Part shown: positions 12,345 to 26,799 of the stretch, piece after piece
How the letters are laid out: every line of letters starts with the position of its first letter
Numbering within the stretch: position 1 is the stretch's first letter
Assembly (NCBI RefSeq): GCF_006345805.1
Contig: NC_043005.1
Location: forward strand, 61,132,001-61,196,000
Origin: Octopus sinensis
Taxonomy: Eukaryota
Direction: 5' to 3'
DNA length: 64,000 nt
Notes under the pieces: model-generated
Seen by the model: the letters and a program-made list of their open reading frames with translations, nothing else
What the model was told of the DNA's origin: nothing
Databases searched by the model: none
Made by a program: the position numbers and the translations under genes

Positions 12345-14185
12345 TGCAGAGAGCTGGCTTAATCGTTAGCGCGCCGGACAAAACGCTTAGCAGGATTTCG
12401 CCCGTCTATACGTTTTGAGTTCAAATTCCGTCGAGGTAGACTTTGCCGCCTATCCCTTCGGATTCCGATAAAAAAAAAGAGCCCGTTGCGCACTGAAGTC
12501 AATGTAACTAACTTAAACTCTCTACTACAATTTTAGGCCTCATGCCTTTAGTGCATGTTATGAAATGACAACTAGAACCGTGTGGCCGACGGAACAATTA
12601 TGCGATATATATTTCGATTATCATACCTCTGTGTTAAAATTACAGCAAGGCTAATTTTGTCTTCCACCCCTGCAGTAACAATGAAATAAAGTACCATTCA
12701 TTCAGGGCTATCAAATTCTCAAAATTACTGAACTCTGTGCCCCCATTAGAACCTATTATACCTGATGTTATACTATTACCAGTTATTACTTTCGCTACTA
12801 GTGCGCTAGTTTGACAGAATAGAGAGTCAAATAAAATGACTTACAGAGTGTTTCTTTACGGTTTTTCTTCCCGCTCGACATTGTGCGTTCAAATTCCGCC
12901 GAGGTCGACTTTGTCGCTCAGCCTTTCCGGGTCGATAAAATAAATACTAGTTGAGCACTCTGGTGTATGTAATCGACTACCACCACCAAAATTTCAAACT
13001 CTGTGACTATAATTGAATGTATTATTCTGAGTTCAACTTTCCAAAACTCGACTTGCCTTTCATTTTTCCAGGATTCATGTAATAAGATACAAATCAATTA
13101 TTTCAGTCACTTTAATCGAGGAACCCTCTCTCAGATGTTTCGATTTGTGCCTATGTTCCAAACAATTATTATTTATGATATTGAAAAGAGGGAATCATTG
13201 AGGTATTTATTCTGATTTTGTATGATCTGAGCTTAAATACCACCGAGGCTTACTGACATACCTTCGGTGCTGAAACAATAAGTATCAGGGAAGCACTGCG
13301 TTCGATACAACCCCGAAATTTAGGGCCTCTCACCTATTGTAGGTAGGATTGTTGCTATTGGAAAGGGAGTTGAATAACAAAATCGTTAATGCGTTAGATA
13401 AAAATTCATTCTGGTATATATTTATGATCTAAGTTCAAATCCTACAGAGGATTATGATGTCTCCCCTAAAATGTCTGGTGTTGTACCTTTAAGAAATACT
13501 TCATAATATTATTACTAGCATTAATGCAAAATCGGATAAAATGACTTGTGCTATTTCAATTGCCTTCTAGTTACATTTTATTCCAATGACATTCCGTTTG
13601 GTCTTGCATTTCTTTCATTTTGGTTCTATAAAATGAATTCCAGTATTCATTTACTGACAATGTGTCGTCTTATCCATTTATTACAAACCATTAGTGTTCA
13701 AAGAAAAAGCATTTGTAGATAGTTCAGTGAGTCATCTCACTGTTCATTTATTTCTTTTTTCCTATATGGTTCTACATATAAGCTAAATATCCAGTAATTA
13801 GAAATTATTTCTTATGTCGCTTTGAGCATTATATTTAGCTTCGTACTCACACTGTCAATGTTCCAAGCACCTTCAATAATTTTAATTGATTATTGGTGCC
13901 TGTAACTCCGATTTAAACTGCTATCATACGACATCTCGTATATATTATTACTATTTTAGGCAAAGGTAGAGCGACAAGCTAACGGAATCGTTAGCATCGC
14001 AGACAAAATGCATCGTGGCATTTCTTCCAAATTTACGTTCAGTGTTCAAATTCCACCAAGGTCGATTCTGCCTTTTGTCTTTCGGGGTCGATATAATGAG
14101 TATCAATTGGTGACTGGTGTTGATGTAATCGACTTCCTCGCACCAAAAATAAAATTTAGATTTTTGTGCCTGTAGTTGAAAGTAT
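12345..14185 (+). repeat. Array of about 7 co-oriented decayed SINE-A copies
   Basis: Variants of GTTCTGAGTTCAAATTCCGCCGAGGTCGAC near 12412, 12625, 12884, 13024, 13225, 13425 and 14036. Confidence 0.7.
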
Positions 14186-17100
14186 TACTTCTATGCCAAA
14201 CTCACGAATTGAAAAGCAACACGTATGATGTTTGTTAGTCCTCTGGTTCTGATAAATTCTGCCAATTCGTGATGTTAAAATATACAGTGGATTCTCTTGG
14301 ATATCCAAGAACGGGTGGACCATGCAGTGCTTCGGAGAGGTCTCACACAGTTTCTGTCACTCTAATTTCATTCACATTGTTGGATAGGATCAAACCTATA
14401 GTAAAAAGAGTTCTAAAAATTAAAACGAATCTGTCGAGTTATCGAAAGTAGACTTTAGAGAATGCAAAATGAAAATATTAAGAACATAGCCCCATAGTTT
14501 CTCATATTTCCCAGAACAAAATGCAGGTTGTAAAATTCATAAATACTACCATACTTCTTAATTATATAATGCAATCCGAGAGTATTCGGTAAGTTTTACC
14601 TGTACAGTATCTATTTTCTACACGACCTTATCTCTCATCAAAATCTTAGTTGTGGAAATGAGCTACTAGCCATCAAAGTTTTTGTCTACCATCCTATTGA
14701 TGAAGCAGCAATTTTCAAGTCTCTTATCTAACCAATTTTATTTCAGCTAAATAATAATTTTTTATGGCTCATGTTGTAGCTTTAACAATTTATGTTTCTT
14801 TCCCTTTCAATTATTCTGAAAACTCTATAGAACAGACAAAATGTCTAAAATATTAAGGAATACTGAAAGAAAAATATGGAATAGAGTATTCCCTTAAATA
14901 CAATTGGCAAAATATGTTTCATCGATATGCTCACATCAATAAAATATATCGTATAATCATATTTCTCATTCAAATATGGAAATTAATAATATAACCACAG
15001 AACAACAAAAATGAAAAGAGAAACTTGAAATATATATATATATGTTTGTATGTTTACATGTGTGTGAGTGTATGCCTCTGGGGTCCAGATAAGAAATGAA
15101 GAAACCATACAATTAAGCTGAAACTAAAACAAAAATATATACTAAAGCTGCAGTTGCCAGGAATATGGATAGTTCATTTATGAAGCAAAATATGAAGTTC
15201 AAAGTGATATAAAGAATATTTTATGTAGCCATCTCTTGATACAATATAAGTAGCCATGTAAGGGAGAAAAAAAATGAAATATAATTCTGAATTACATCCA
15301 AAGAAATGGATGTTAGTAAGTTTTATTACATATATAAAATTCTTATTTTGATAATGGTTGATAGGTTGAAACAGACGTCATGTCTCATTTACCGTTTCTT
15401 CTTTATACTCTCACAAAAGGACGTCTGTTTTAACGTTATGAAGCGTAACTGTTCTGGAACGTGACTGAAATGCAAATTAAAAATTATTATTTACAGGAAT
15501 ATGGTATCTAGGTATTGAAAAACCTAGACTTTGTTAACCTTGCAACAAAAAATAATATTTGGTTATGATAATGGTGTTATGAAGTGCAAGACGAAATGCT
15601 GTTGTTAATGTCATTGATATTGTTGTTGTTCTGCTGCACTGGTAGAAGTGTATATACATGTGTATGTGTGTGTGTGTGTGTGTTTGTTTCATATACATGG
15701 TGGGTTGAACGATAAGTATTGCTTTCTTCTTCCTTCTTGAATTAGTGCTGATTTATATTTTGGCTTGATTTTTTTATTCTAAAATTATATATTTTATTAG
15801 ATCATTTAAATTTTAAAAAAAACGGAAAGAGGGATGAGAAAGGAAAATAAAGAAAAGGATACACAGGTGGGAGTAGAGCAGTGGAAGATGGGGATAGGGG
15901 GATGGGCCACATATCCCAGAACAAACTGAGTGCTCAGCCGCGCCCCGCAATAATGACCACGGTGGCGTTGCCGCAATGTTTGCAGTGGAATTTGTGATTG
16001 GCGACCTCATGATACTAATATTCTTCCAGCTACACACACACACATACATACTGGCCCCACATCTTATCGTCATTTGCCAATGTCTCCTCTCTCCCACTTT
16101 TTGTATTTCTGTTAGTCGCCTACTTTCTATACCTTTGTTATTTTATCACGTGACTTTCTGTCGCTCAAACTGCTGGTTTCCACTTTCAGCCTCCTTATCT
16201 ACTTTTATGTTACGTACCTCCCCTTTCTTTATCTCTCTCTCTCTCGCCTTTTCTGTCCCTCTACCTCATTCTTTCTCTCTCTTTCCTACTCTCTCTTTCA
16301 CTTCTCTTGCTAATTCCCAATGATCAAGTTGTTTGGTGATATTGAGCTACAGAACACAGTTGTGGAAATGTTTCACTTTATGTAATATAAAATTCTTATT
16401 GATATCCGAAAGATATTCCCCTGAAATTTACTAGTCGGTCACAGACGTTCTGCTTTAGGTCTGTAAAAGTTCTACTCTATATAGAAATAATATGTAATTT
16501 CCTATCGAAATTCCGTAAATTAAAGACAATCTTCAGAAACATAATTACAGTACAAAACCACCGGTACACCTCCTAACGAACTTTCCGACACTGGTGTGTA
16601 GAATAAAATATGCCACAGTTAAGCTATTTCTGAAAGTACTAATATTTCAAATGATATTACCATAGACGCCAACATTTACTTGACGTTCTATTTGATAAAT
16701 TCACTAAATTTAAATAAGAAATAACAGTCTTATATATCAAGTGGTTTCAGCTATTATCATTTGACATTCTCTCAACACGTGTATTTAAAAGCGAAATCAC
16801 TTCGCAGAGTAAAATTCTGTTCTACAATTCAATGAAAAGAGCTTTATAAAGCAGTTTTGTATGAATGGCGTGAAACGCAACGGTACTTGCTAAATGTGCA
16901 GTGGTATATAGATTTCTACATTCAAGTTCAAGTTGCATTGAATCTGTTGGTAAAATAATTAGAAATGAAGAATTCATATATAATAAACACCCACAATTTA
17001 TCAATCAATTTCCATTTGTGTGGAGATTATTTGATTTTATAAGTTAATATAAAACAGAATGAAAGATTTAATAATTTTACTTCTATGATCGGAATGGTGA

Positions 17101-19279
17101 AAGTAATATGACAATTATAGGAATAGAATGAACGTTACAAAAACACTTTTTAGAAACTAAGTGCAATAAAGTGTTTTCTTAAATACTCAAAAGAATGAAA
17201 AAATGTGTGTAAGTAAAAACGATACGCAGTTAACTGAATATATTCACAGTATCAAAATATTTTGCTATAATATATATAAAAAAAAAGCATTACGCCATCT
17301 ATAAAATTAAATTTAGTTGATACATGAAAGAAACCCATCAATTTTAATATGTATGCAATAATAAGGTTTTCAAAGACTGCTTCATTATAAAGGTAGATAT
17401 GATAGGATCTGTAGACTAACAAAAGTTGCTTTAAATTGAAAAGAAACTTAGAAATATATTGAAGGTCTACTGAATTCTTCAGATTTTAGAATAACTACAC
17501 GAATACTAAATATGTAAACGTTGTCGGTTTATAAGTTTATTTTGACTTATATGTCGTTATAAAAAGGATTGTTGCACGCTGGAAAAAATATCAGGCTCGA
17601 TTATTGTATAGCACACACACACACATACTCACTCCTACACAGCTATACTCACGCACCCCGTATATGTATGTAAGTATATATGACTATATGTGTGTGAGTG
17701 TGTGCGTATGTATATATGTATGTATGTGTATATATGTGTGTATGTGTGTGTGTGCATACAGAAAGAAAGAGATAGAGAGACAGATAGATATATACATACA
17801 TAGATCATGAAAAATAATGTGTTTGCATGCATAAATTGTAAATAAATTTACACGATTATTTTTAATTAAAAATACATTTATTCTCGCTATTCTCCTTGTA
17901 TTACGACCCAGAATACAACTTATTGCGTTGACGGCAATAGCCTGTGTGTAGATAAATACTAGATAAGGTTATTTGTTTCATATACTGTCTAAAAGTGCCT
18001 TATGACCGCATGATGAGAAGATCCTTGTTAGTATTGATCCTACTGCACGGCACCGTAGCCAAGTCTCATTTCTACTAGTCCTTGTTCAATGTATACATTT
18101 TAAGAGAAACTGTGAAGACTGGAATTCTATACATGTCGATTGCACCTATTATTCCTAAGGTACAAACTTGTAACACTATTTCACTGATTGCGCTTAAGGA
18201 AAAGGCGTACCGGCCAATCGAATCCTCAGCTACTTACATGTTAAATCGAATCAGCGATAAATTACTTTAATAGAGTAACAGAATCCTCATAATCCAGCGA
18301 CGGAGATCCCATATCACAAGACTATGAAGTTAAGCTATATGACTTTCGCGGCAAAAGAAACAAATATGGCAGTTAAGATGAACCAGAATAACGAAGCGAA
18401 CATTTTTAAGATGTTTAACGTGTCTTTCTTCAGAGGTGTTCCTGTAGTTAATTCACTAGTAAGTAGACATAATTTGGGATAATTATTTATTTAGCGCTTT
18501 CATCTCATTCCAGAGATTTATCGTGAATGATTTCATGACAGAAAAATTTATGCTTTTTTTTATAGATATGAGAGCTAGTTGAAAAAAATCTGCAGATGAC
18601 TTGGGGAGAGAATGTTCTTTGTTAATTTGAATCTATATGTGTGTGTGTGTATGTATGTGCATGTATGTGTGTGTATGCATGTGTGTGATGAATTTTCGAA
18701 GGCTTTATTAGAGGGAGAAAAAGGAAAACGAAAGTAAGAGTGAGTGAAAGGATGAAATATATATATGTACGTGTGCGTGAGTGCCTACATCTGAAGAAAA
18801 CATCATGCAACACGTTCCTTGTCTTCCAAGTACGCCGAGATATAGTTTTCCAAGTACGCCGAAATATGTGACACATAATATTATTTTTCACTTTGTGAAA
18901 GTCCTTCACATTCGAATGGTTGAACAATTGTTTTAATATTCAATCTCAAAGTAGCTTCTATCCAGAGGAAAATTAGCTTAGTATCAGCTGGTGAGATATT
19001 TTCTCTAAGATGGTCAGTTTCCTTCCGTAATTCGTCCCACAACTTTACTGAGATGAGAATTCAGATAAATCTGCCTGTTATTGTTAGTCTCTATCCTACT
19101 TTCTCATTTGACGTAATATGCCTTATTCTAACTTTTGGCGGAGACTATGAAAACTTACTTTCACAGACCTTACGGTAAAATAAGCATTAAGTTTTAGATG
19201 TTTATGTCTGCTTCTTTCTTTCCAGATTACTTTATTACATAATGATTAAATTTGTATCACTTTTTACCCTCTTACACTG

Positions 19280-20262
19280 AGTTTAGATCAGACCTATATC
19301 AGACATTACAAGTTTTGTAAATTTAAAAGCAGAACTTCAAGAAAGGAAGTAGAAGAAAATATTCATTCTGTCTATGGATAATATGCTACAAGTAAATCGG
19401 CATATCAAGGATGATCTGGCTAGTTTCGCTCTGGAAATTTCGCTCTCGCAAATTCCCTTAATCTGTCAATATTTGGACAAGCAACGTCTATCAACATTGT
19501 GCTTCTGAAAACTGTATTTTTAGAAAAAATCAAAAACCACGCGAGAAACAGCTAAGCATTTCAAGCGGCACTTCCATCATAAAATGCTTCGTGAACTAGA
19601 AGTGTCCAATCTTGGCCATGTGTTCCTTACTATTTGACTGCTTCTCATCTTAATGAAAGACTTGCATTTTGCTCGTCAATGAAGAGTAGACATGTCATCG
19701 AGCTTCTCCAGGGAGCATTCATCACAAGTGGTGAAAAGTGGGTTTTCTAACATTATATCCAATGAAATGTTAATGCTTCGCACCTATTCCCATATCAGAA
19801 GTACACCTCTAAAAGGTGATGACTTGTATTTGGTAGATATGAAGCATGTCGTCTATCGTGAGATGTTAAAGCAAAATGGAACAGTTAATGTGAATTGGAA
19901 ACGCTACACAAAAGTTCTTGGAAAATCACCCGTCATAAGTCAAACGTAGAATGATGTTGCTTTTACGCGATAAAGCAAGATAAAATATTGCCCATTTCGC
20001 TAGGAAAAGGTTATGACACTAACTATGAAAGTTTTGTTTCATCCTTACTCTTATAACTCTGCACCATATCATTATCATCTTTTCAGACCATTGTACCATT
20101 ATTATGAAAGAAAACAGTGTATTAATTGTAAAGGTGAGGAAAATGGCATCGTATTCTTATTTGCTTCGAAACCTGAAGAATATTATACCAGAGAGATCGA
20201 CAATTTAGCAGATAGATTTATGCTATCATTAATGAGAAGAATATTACTTTGATTAAATACAT
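19280..20262 (+). pseudogene. Decayed mariner (D,D34D-type) transposase
   Basis: Frameshifted peptides FKSRTSRKEVEENIHSVYG, FRSGNF, DMKHVVYREMLKQNGTVN, VLFHPYSYNSAPYHYHLFRPL (cf. HPPYSPDLAPSDYHLF) and FASKPEEYYTREIDNL. Confidence 0.85.
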
Positions 20263-20559
20263 TGAGAACAAAGAAGCATGTGTTTCTTTCCTGTTCCCAA
20301 ATGCGACAGAAATTTCCAACGTAATACGTTTCCTAACTTTGCCAGAGCTTTTTAACTTACTCTCACGGGGAACCCATTATGATCGTGATCTAAGTTCTGG
20401 TTCATTTTATATATAAATGTTATTACATTTGCTTCATCCTCATTAAGGCTTAAACGATTGCTATCCCTATTCCGTATAAATTTATAGCATTGAAGAACTG
20501 AAATATTATATTTCATGCGTTCCCAATGGAGTTATGAAAAACCTTTCGATTGTACATTT

Positions 20560-21760
20560 AGTATTTCACTTATTCTTTTATGGCATGCAGTCAGTGAACT
20601 ATTTCCATAGAACCATTGTTATAGTTTGTAATTTACCAAAGCTGGTATTTTAGCAAATTTTTTGGAAGCTTTTGAGTTTTTTTACAGCTCTAGTTTTCCC
20701 TTGTGCTTCAATCCTATTCAAGAAAATTTAATATATTACTTCCGATTTCTATGAACATTCTTTTATGTGGAATTTTTTTACTTTCCATGATTTTTAACAG
20801 TTTAAGATCTTTGATCTTTTTATCACAAGAATTTCCTGTCTCTCTGCTTGGGAATAATAATTTTTATGAAAGTTGGACTTCTCATTCCGGGACAAATTTT
20901 ATGCATATGACTTGCATTATTATCATAAATTGTTTTAGTTTCATATCCTTATCTTGCATAAAGATACTTTTGAGTCAGATCAGTTTTAAGATCTCTTTTA
21001 TAATGAATTTTCTGTGAGCTTTGTTTAAATTTCATACTTAATAGTGACCCAGTGCTCATAATAAAGTGTATGTCCATAGCTTCCATTGAATATTGTGTTT
21101 TGTTATGGGCTGAGACAATTAGTTCTGTGTTTATTGTGTGGAAGAGATCTAAGCTGTTGTTGACTCTAACCGGTTAAAATATTACTTCCTGTATGAATAT
21201 GGGAAATTTTGCCTGTTTTATTTAATGATATTAAAATTAGTTTGTCGTTTGAGTTAAAGAGACTGGAGTCACTCAAATAAAATAGAATGTGAATCAACAG
21301 TCTTCTATTTCTGAGGACTTCTGAAGTTTTCTATTGTGATTTGAGATATTGGTCGGATATGTTTGATGCAAATGCAATAAATCGAGTTGCTCTATATTAT
21401 ATTAGAGTCTTATAAATCAAGTTTAAGATACTTCACACATCTACATGACACTTCTTCTATACCTTCGTTCTGTTCTGTCAGTTGAAGGATGACATACTTT
21501 GGTATTACACATTTCTGGATACCTTGTAGTTGTTGCTATATGCATTTCAGTATGTGTCATGCATATTGTATTTTGATAGTGTATAGCAAATCTCTCTCTG
21601 ATGAAAAATTTATTTCCGTTACTATAGTATAAGGGAGTTCTGATATTCAACAGACTGAACGATGTTGTATGAGGGTAGGTGCCTTTCGTAATCATCTCTG
21701 GCTTATTGTGATGGCCTTATACGCTTTCAGTTTGCTGCAGCCATGTTGACTACTGCAATA
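20560..21760 (-). pseudogene. Heavily decayed RTE-like LINE fragment (endonuclease/linker region)
   Basis: Minus-strand peptides KHNIQWKLWTYTL and SIFMQDK resemble the RTE APE C-terminus (KLWTYTYPN...QIDYIFMNKKW); many stops. Confidence 0.5.
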
Positions 21761-24350
21761 TTTTCTACGTCACGTTTCGAAAAGATTGATGTAACATGTA
21801 ATTCTTCTGCATATTGGCTCATAATAGAAATGAGGGATGTGTGCTATGTCTCATTCAGATCAAAATACGTCCAACTACCATTACGGTCGTTCGCTCTTTA
21901 CTTAAAAACACTGTAGAGTGTGGCGTTTGGTTTCGCATACATACTTTTCTGCAGCTTGACTATTTCCTGTATCCTAATTTAATTTGTGACGTATCTCTAC
22001 CGCCATACAATGTTACCGTTATATGGTTTGTCATGACCGAAGTGACAGCTTCGTTGGTGCGTTTACGTATGCTTAAATTTGTAAATATGTAGTACATTTA
22101 TGTGACAGTGGGAAAATCGTGTTGTATTCTTACAAAAATTACAACTGAATCAACAATTAACTGTAGACAAATTCTTCACACTACAAAGCTGGTGCGCGCT
22201 TCAATAGTATTAAATAGTGCAAAATTTACTATTTCAGGAAAATGTTGGAGATACAACCCTAAACTCTCTGTAAAGCATTAGATTATTATACGTTACGTCT
22301 ATCCATAAAATTTCCTTTGCTCTAATATAACAGAAACTGAATATATACACAAACCACTTGGGAGATATATTAATTTTGAAGTCTCTGTTTTGAACTACCG
22401 CCTGTATTGGATTTATCAACTGTCAAAATTAAGCCTGATTTATCAAGGTGTCAGAATTTACATAGATATTTTCTAGCGTATGTAGTTGCAGCAATCATTT
22501 CAATATTATTTTGCCCTGAAGGAACGTTTTTGAATCATAATCTAGATACTACATGACGTTATCCTTAGGAAATTTTTGTGAATCGAGAATGAAATAGAAT
22601 GTAATGTAGTAGCAACTGGCTTTTAACATTGTGCCTTCAACTGTCACTTAAAAGAAAATATTTCTCTGGAATAAATGCACTTCATGTTAGAGTAGAGTGT
22701 TTAAATAACTTCCATTGACGCGGGTTTAATGCAATTAGAAATGAATTTAATCAATATTGATTTTTACCACTCCCTCTTCTAACGTTAGCAGGTTGTTTTT
22801 GATTTTTTGGTTTTTTCATACTTGCGTTAATTCATCATCGATTTCATATTTTGAAAATCATCATAACAAAACTACATGGTGTCTTAACTTTAGCTCATAT
22901 TTTACAATGATATAATGAATACACTATATATTCGAAAATATATTTAGCCATTTTATTGCGAAAATTTGATACATCCACACAAAATTCCATTACCCTTATT
23001 GTGGAAGGAAGTTTTATATACTAATCTCATTTTTGTTGAGGAATGTCACGTTCGAACATATTTTTTGATCGATGTATGTCAAGTTATTGAAAACAACGTG
23101 ACTTGCAGAAAATACCACTTCTGGTTTTCATAGATGTATAATATAATTATTAGAATAAACATGCAATTTAATTTCGCAGTGAAATGGATACACTTATTAT
23201 TCAAAGTTTCTGGTAAGAGTTTACAATGAACGCTGATAAAAAGCTACAGAAAAACATGTTTCGATTTTTATATTACATGATGATATTCATTCAGTTATCC
23301 ATTCATTTCTTATGTCATAACTACTCGAATAATTAACCCCAATCTTCTCTAAGCATCATGGTCTTCGGTTTATCTTCGGGTAAGTGATTGGGTGGCATAA
23401 AGACTTTTAAATTGGTGTCGTTTCAATTCAAGTATTACTATAGATGTGGTAAACTCGAGTGCTGCCTTTATTTCTCTACGATATAGAGACTGCTGCTGAT
23501 CTTCAGATTAATATCTTTCTAGAAAATACAAAAGCATCCATGTGTGTGTGAGTGTGTATGTTTGTGTTTCTGTATGTCTGAGCTAGTGTGTTTGTGTGCG
23601 TTTTTTGTGCGTGTATGTATGTATTATGTATGTATGTATGCATATGTGTGGATGTATGTGGTTTTCAAACAAGTATAGCAAGAACCCACCGAACATCAAA
23701 GACATCGAAAGATTTGAAGAGGATCTAAAATCGAATCAAGTTCTTTAAAGGGCAAAACAGAATAGTTAGATTGCGTAATACTGCTAACTGCTTCACATAA
23801 CTCGATTTACTGAAGCACAAGTACATTTTCCAATGCATAAAAGTTAGGTTTTATGTTTTCGTATCTGTTTTCATGTTTTTCTATATGAGTATATATACTT
23901 GTGTGTATATGTGAGTGTGTGTTGTATATATATATATATATATACCTGTATATATAATACCTGTACATCATCTCCAAACCTTCCAATATATATATATATT
24001 TATATATGAGCGAGGGAGACAGAGGAGTGAACGATTGAAAAAAACAACAAATAAAATTATCATTTATCACTGATCTACGTTACATACAGACTTCCTTGTA
24101 AGAAAACTGATGATAAATTAGAAACTTAACACTAAGCAGATGTTTTTAAACAGAATAAGCTGAGAAAAATTAATGGCAATATCCTCCAGAAGTTTTGTGA
24201 GTGCATATATGTGTGTGTGTGTGCACTTATGTTTGTGTTTGTGTATATACACACACAAATATATATACATATATATATGTAAGTATGTATGCATATATAT
24301 ATGCATATATGTGTGTATGTATATACATATATATATGTATATATATATAT

Positions 24351-24532
24351 ATATTATATTAAATTAGAGACAAAACCACTATTATGCAAATCAAACAAAG
24401 AAAGACTTAAGCCAATACATAAAATAATTTATATAATTAAATTTAATTATATAAATTATTTTATGTATTGGCTTAAGTCTTTCTTTGTTTGATTTGCATA
24501 ATAGTGGTTTTGTCTCTAATTTAATATAATAT
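24351..24532. repeat. Perfect 182-bp palindrome with no spacer, at the edge of a (TA)n-flanked element extending to about 24620
   Basis: 91-bp arms checked base by base; centre between 24441 and 24442. Confidence 0.95.
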
Positions 24533-24605
24533 CATATTTTACAATAAAATTGGATTCAATCCTAAATCTGATTTTTCCTGTAAATTTCGATTTATTCCCT
24601 AATAT

Positions 24606-24636
<31 letters not shown>

Positions 24637-24829
24637 TATATATACATACACTGACATTACGTTGAAAGACGTTAGATCAGTTATACAATCTACAGTAGTA
24701 GCCAAGGGTAAAGAACGAAAATAAAAATAAAGATATTTATACTTCTACTCCACTTTTTCCGAATGGGATTTTTACTGTATATTCTTTAAAGTATGTTCAA
24801 TGCTTGCAATAAATTTTGCCAGACAGTTT

Positions 24830-25150
24830 TAGAATCAACAGCAGTATATTAATGAGATGTGCAGATTCCTCTATTTTTAATGACTTTAGCACATTTACAT
24901 CCCCAGGATTTGACCAATTTCTCACATTGTTCTGGGGTAATTTTATTCCATTCTACCTGAGGTTCTTCCATAATATTCGTAAAATTCTCAGGCTAGTGCT
25001 CTCTGATGTTATAACCAAGTATCTTCCATAAGTTTTCAATGGGATTAAGGTCAATGGGAGTTTATCACAGTGATGTTTCCAACTTCAAACACCGCCTTAA
25101 CTATTTTAGCACTGTGACATGGTGCATTATCCTGCATAATTCTTAGCTGA
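24830..25150 (-). pseudogene. Tc1-type (DD34E) transposase C-terminal remnant
   Basis: Minus: MQDNAPCHSAKIVK, then after a frameshift DLNPIENLWKIL...EWNKITPEQCEKLVKS. Confidence 0.8.
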
Positions 25151-26409
25151 CGAGTTGGAAAGGATCTCATAGCTGGCACAACATGCAGCAGTGAAGCCGC
25201 CTCGGTCTATAGGCACTCTCCTATTCTAGCGATTCTTCTACAATCCTTAAGGTGCCGGAGATAGAATCCAACTGTTTTACCGATAAGGATGCGATCGTGA
25301 CCGTAGTGCCACACTTACAAATGGTTTTTTCACGAGAGGTATCAATGAAATTTTAGAACACTGTTTGAATCAAAATGTAATAACGTAGTAATATTTTCAT
25401 GGAGCATAGACAAAAATACAGTCTGGTGAAATACAATTAATCCATTCGTGAATATGCACATTTTACCCTGTCAACAGCATGGGAGACTAGCGTGAAATCA
25501 AAGAAATTCCAAGAAGCTCAGACCACATAGATTTTAAATAGAGAAACTCCGTAGGAACAACCTGCCTCTCTTTCGAAGTCGAATTAATTTTGTTTCCTTT
25601 AGCCTCCAGTGCTGAGACCTAAATCTTTCAAAATGTGAGACCAAAGTGCATTTAAATACAGTTGTTACGGGTTAGAATCAATTGTACGTGCTTTTCTGTT
25701 TAGTTGTATTCTTTTGCACAAATACCAAATACTTCATTTAATCGTTTGTTCAATGGATTTAAAGAATAACTAGGGCTACGTGTTTGTACTGAGAGTGTAT
25801 TATATAATGTTTGCGATAACTACTAAAAAAATAATGTATTTTGAAGTTTCCACTTATAATCGACGTTTTGCTGCGAAGCCGAGAAACAAAACAAAGTAGA
25901 TCAAACGCGTAGATAATTGTGCAAATAGAAAAAAAGTCTATTACATATATATGTGTGTGTGTGTGTGTGTATTTTATATATGTATACATACACACTCACG
26001 TACACACACGCACACCACACACACGGACGTACACACACACATATATATATATATATACATGTAATGAAAGCATAACAATACACTCTGAAGCAGCTATTAT
26101 TTTTTACGGCATAGGTACTCCGGTGTTATACTGTTAGACAAATAATTCAGATGTAAAAGCTATTTTCTAAACCAAAGCCAATTGTCGCCGCGATAGGCGA
26201 ATTAGAAAGCAGCGATATGGAAGTTAGTAAAATATTATACTATTAAACTGCCTGTAATGCGTCCTGATAAGCTTTTTTTGATGTTGATCGAAAGAAATTC
26301 AATATTGAAGATATGCAGCTTTTAGTGCTTCACTAACCGTATGAGACATACGCACACATACATATAAACACACAGGCATAGGCAAACACACACGCTTATA
26401 TAACTATAC

Positions 26410-26517
26410 ACACACACAAACATATACATATATATATATATATGTTTGTGTATATATATATATGTATGTATTATATATATATATATATATGTATGTATAT
26501 ATATATGTATGTATATA

Positions 26518-26574
<57 letters not shown>

Positions 26575-26591
26575 GTATGTATATATATATG

Positions 26592-26627
<36 letters not shown>

Positions 26628-26710
26628 GTGTATACATATATATATATAATATGTATATGTATATATATATATATTATGTATGTGTGTATATATATATATA
26701 TATACAAGCA
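26410..26710. repeat. Long compound (TA)n/(TATG)n microsatellite
   Basis: Direct inspection. Confidence 0.95.
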
Positions 26711-26799
26711 TATGTGCGTGTACCCCTGCATATGTATGTTTAACGATAAATATTCGTTTCTTTTCTACTTTGCAGAATTATTAGACCTTTGCCAAATTA

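Noticed and set aside
14295-14310. 16-bp perfect palindrome TCTTGGATATCCAAGA
   Set aside because: Short and isolated; compatible with chance in 64 kb.
18824-18867. 20-bp direct repeat with 24-bp period
   Set aside because: Only two units; a local tandem duplication, not a CRISPR-like array.
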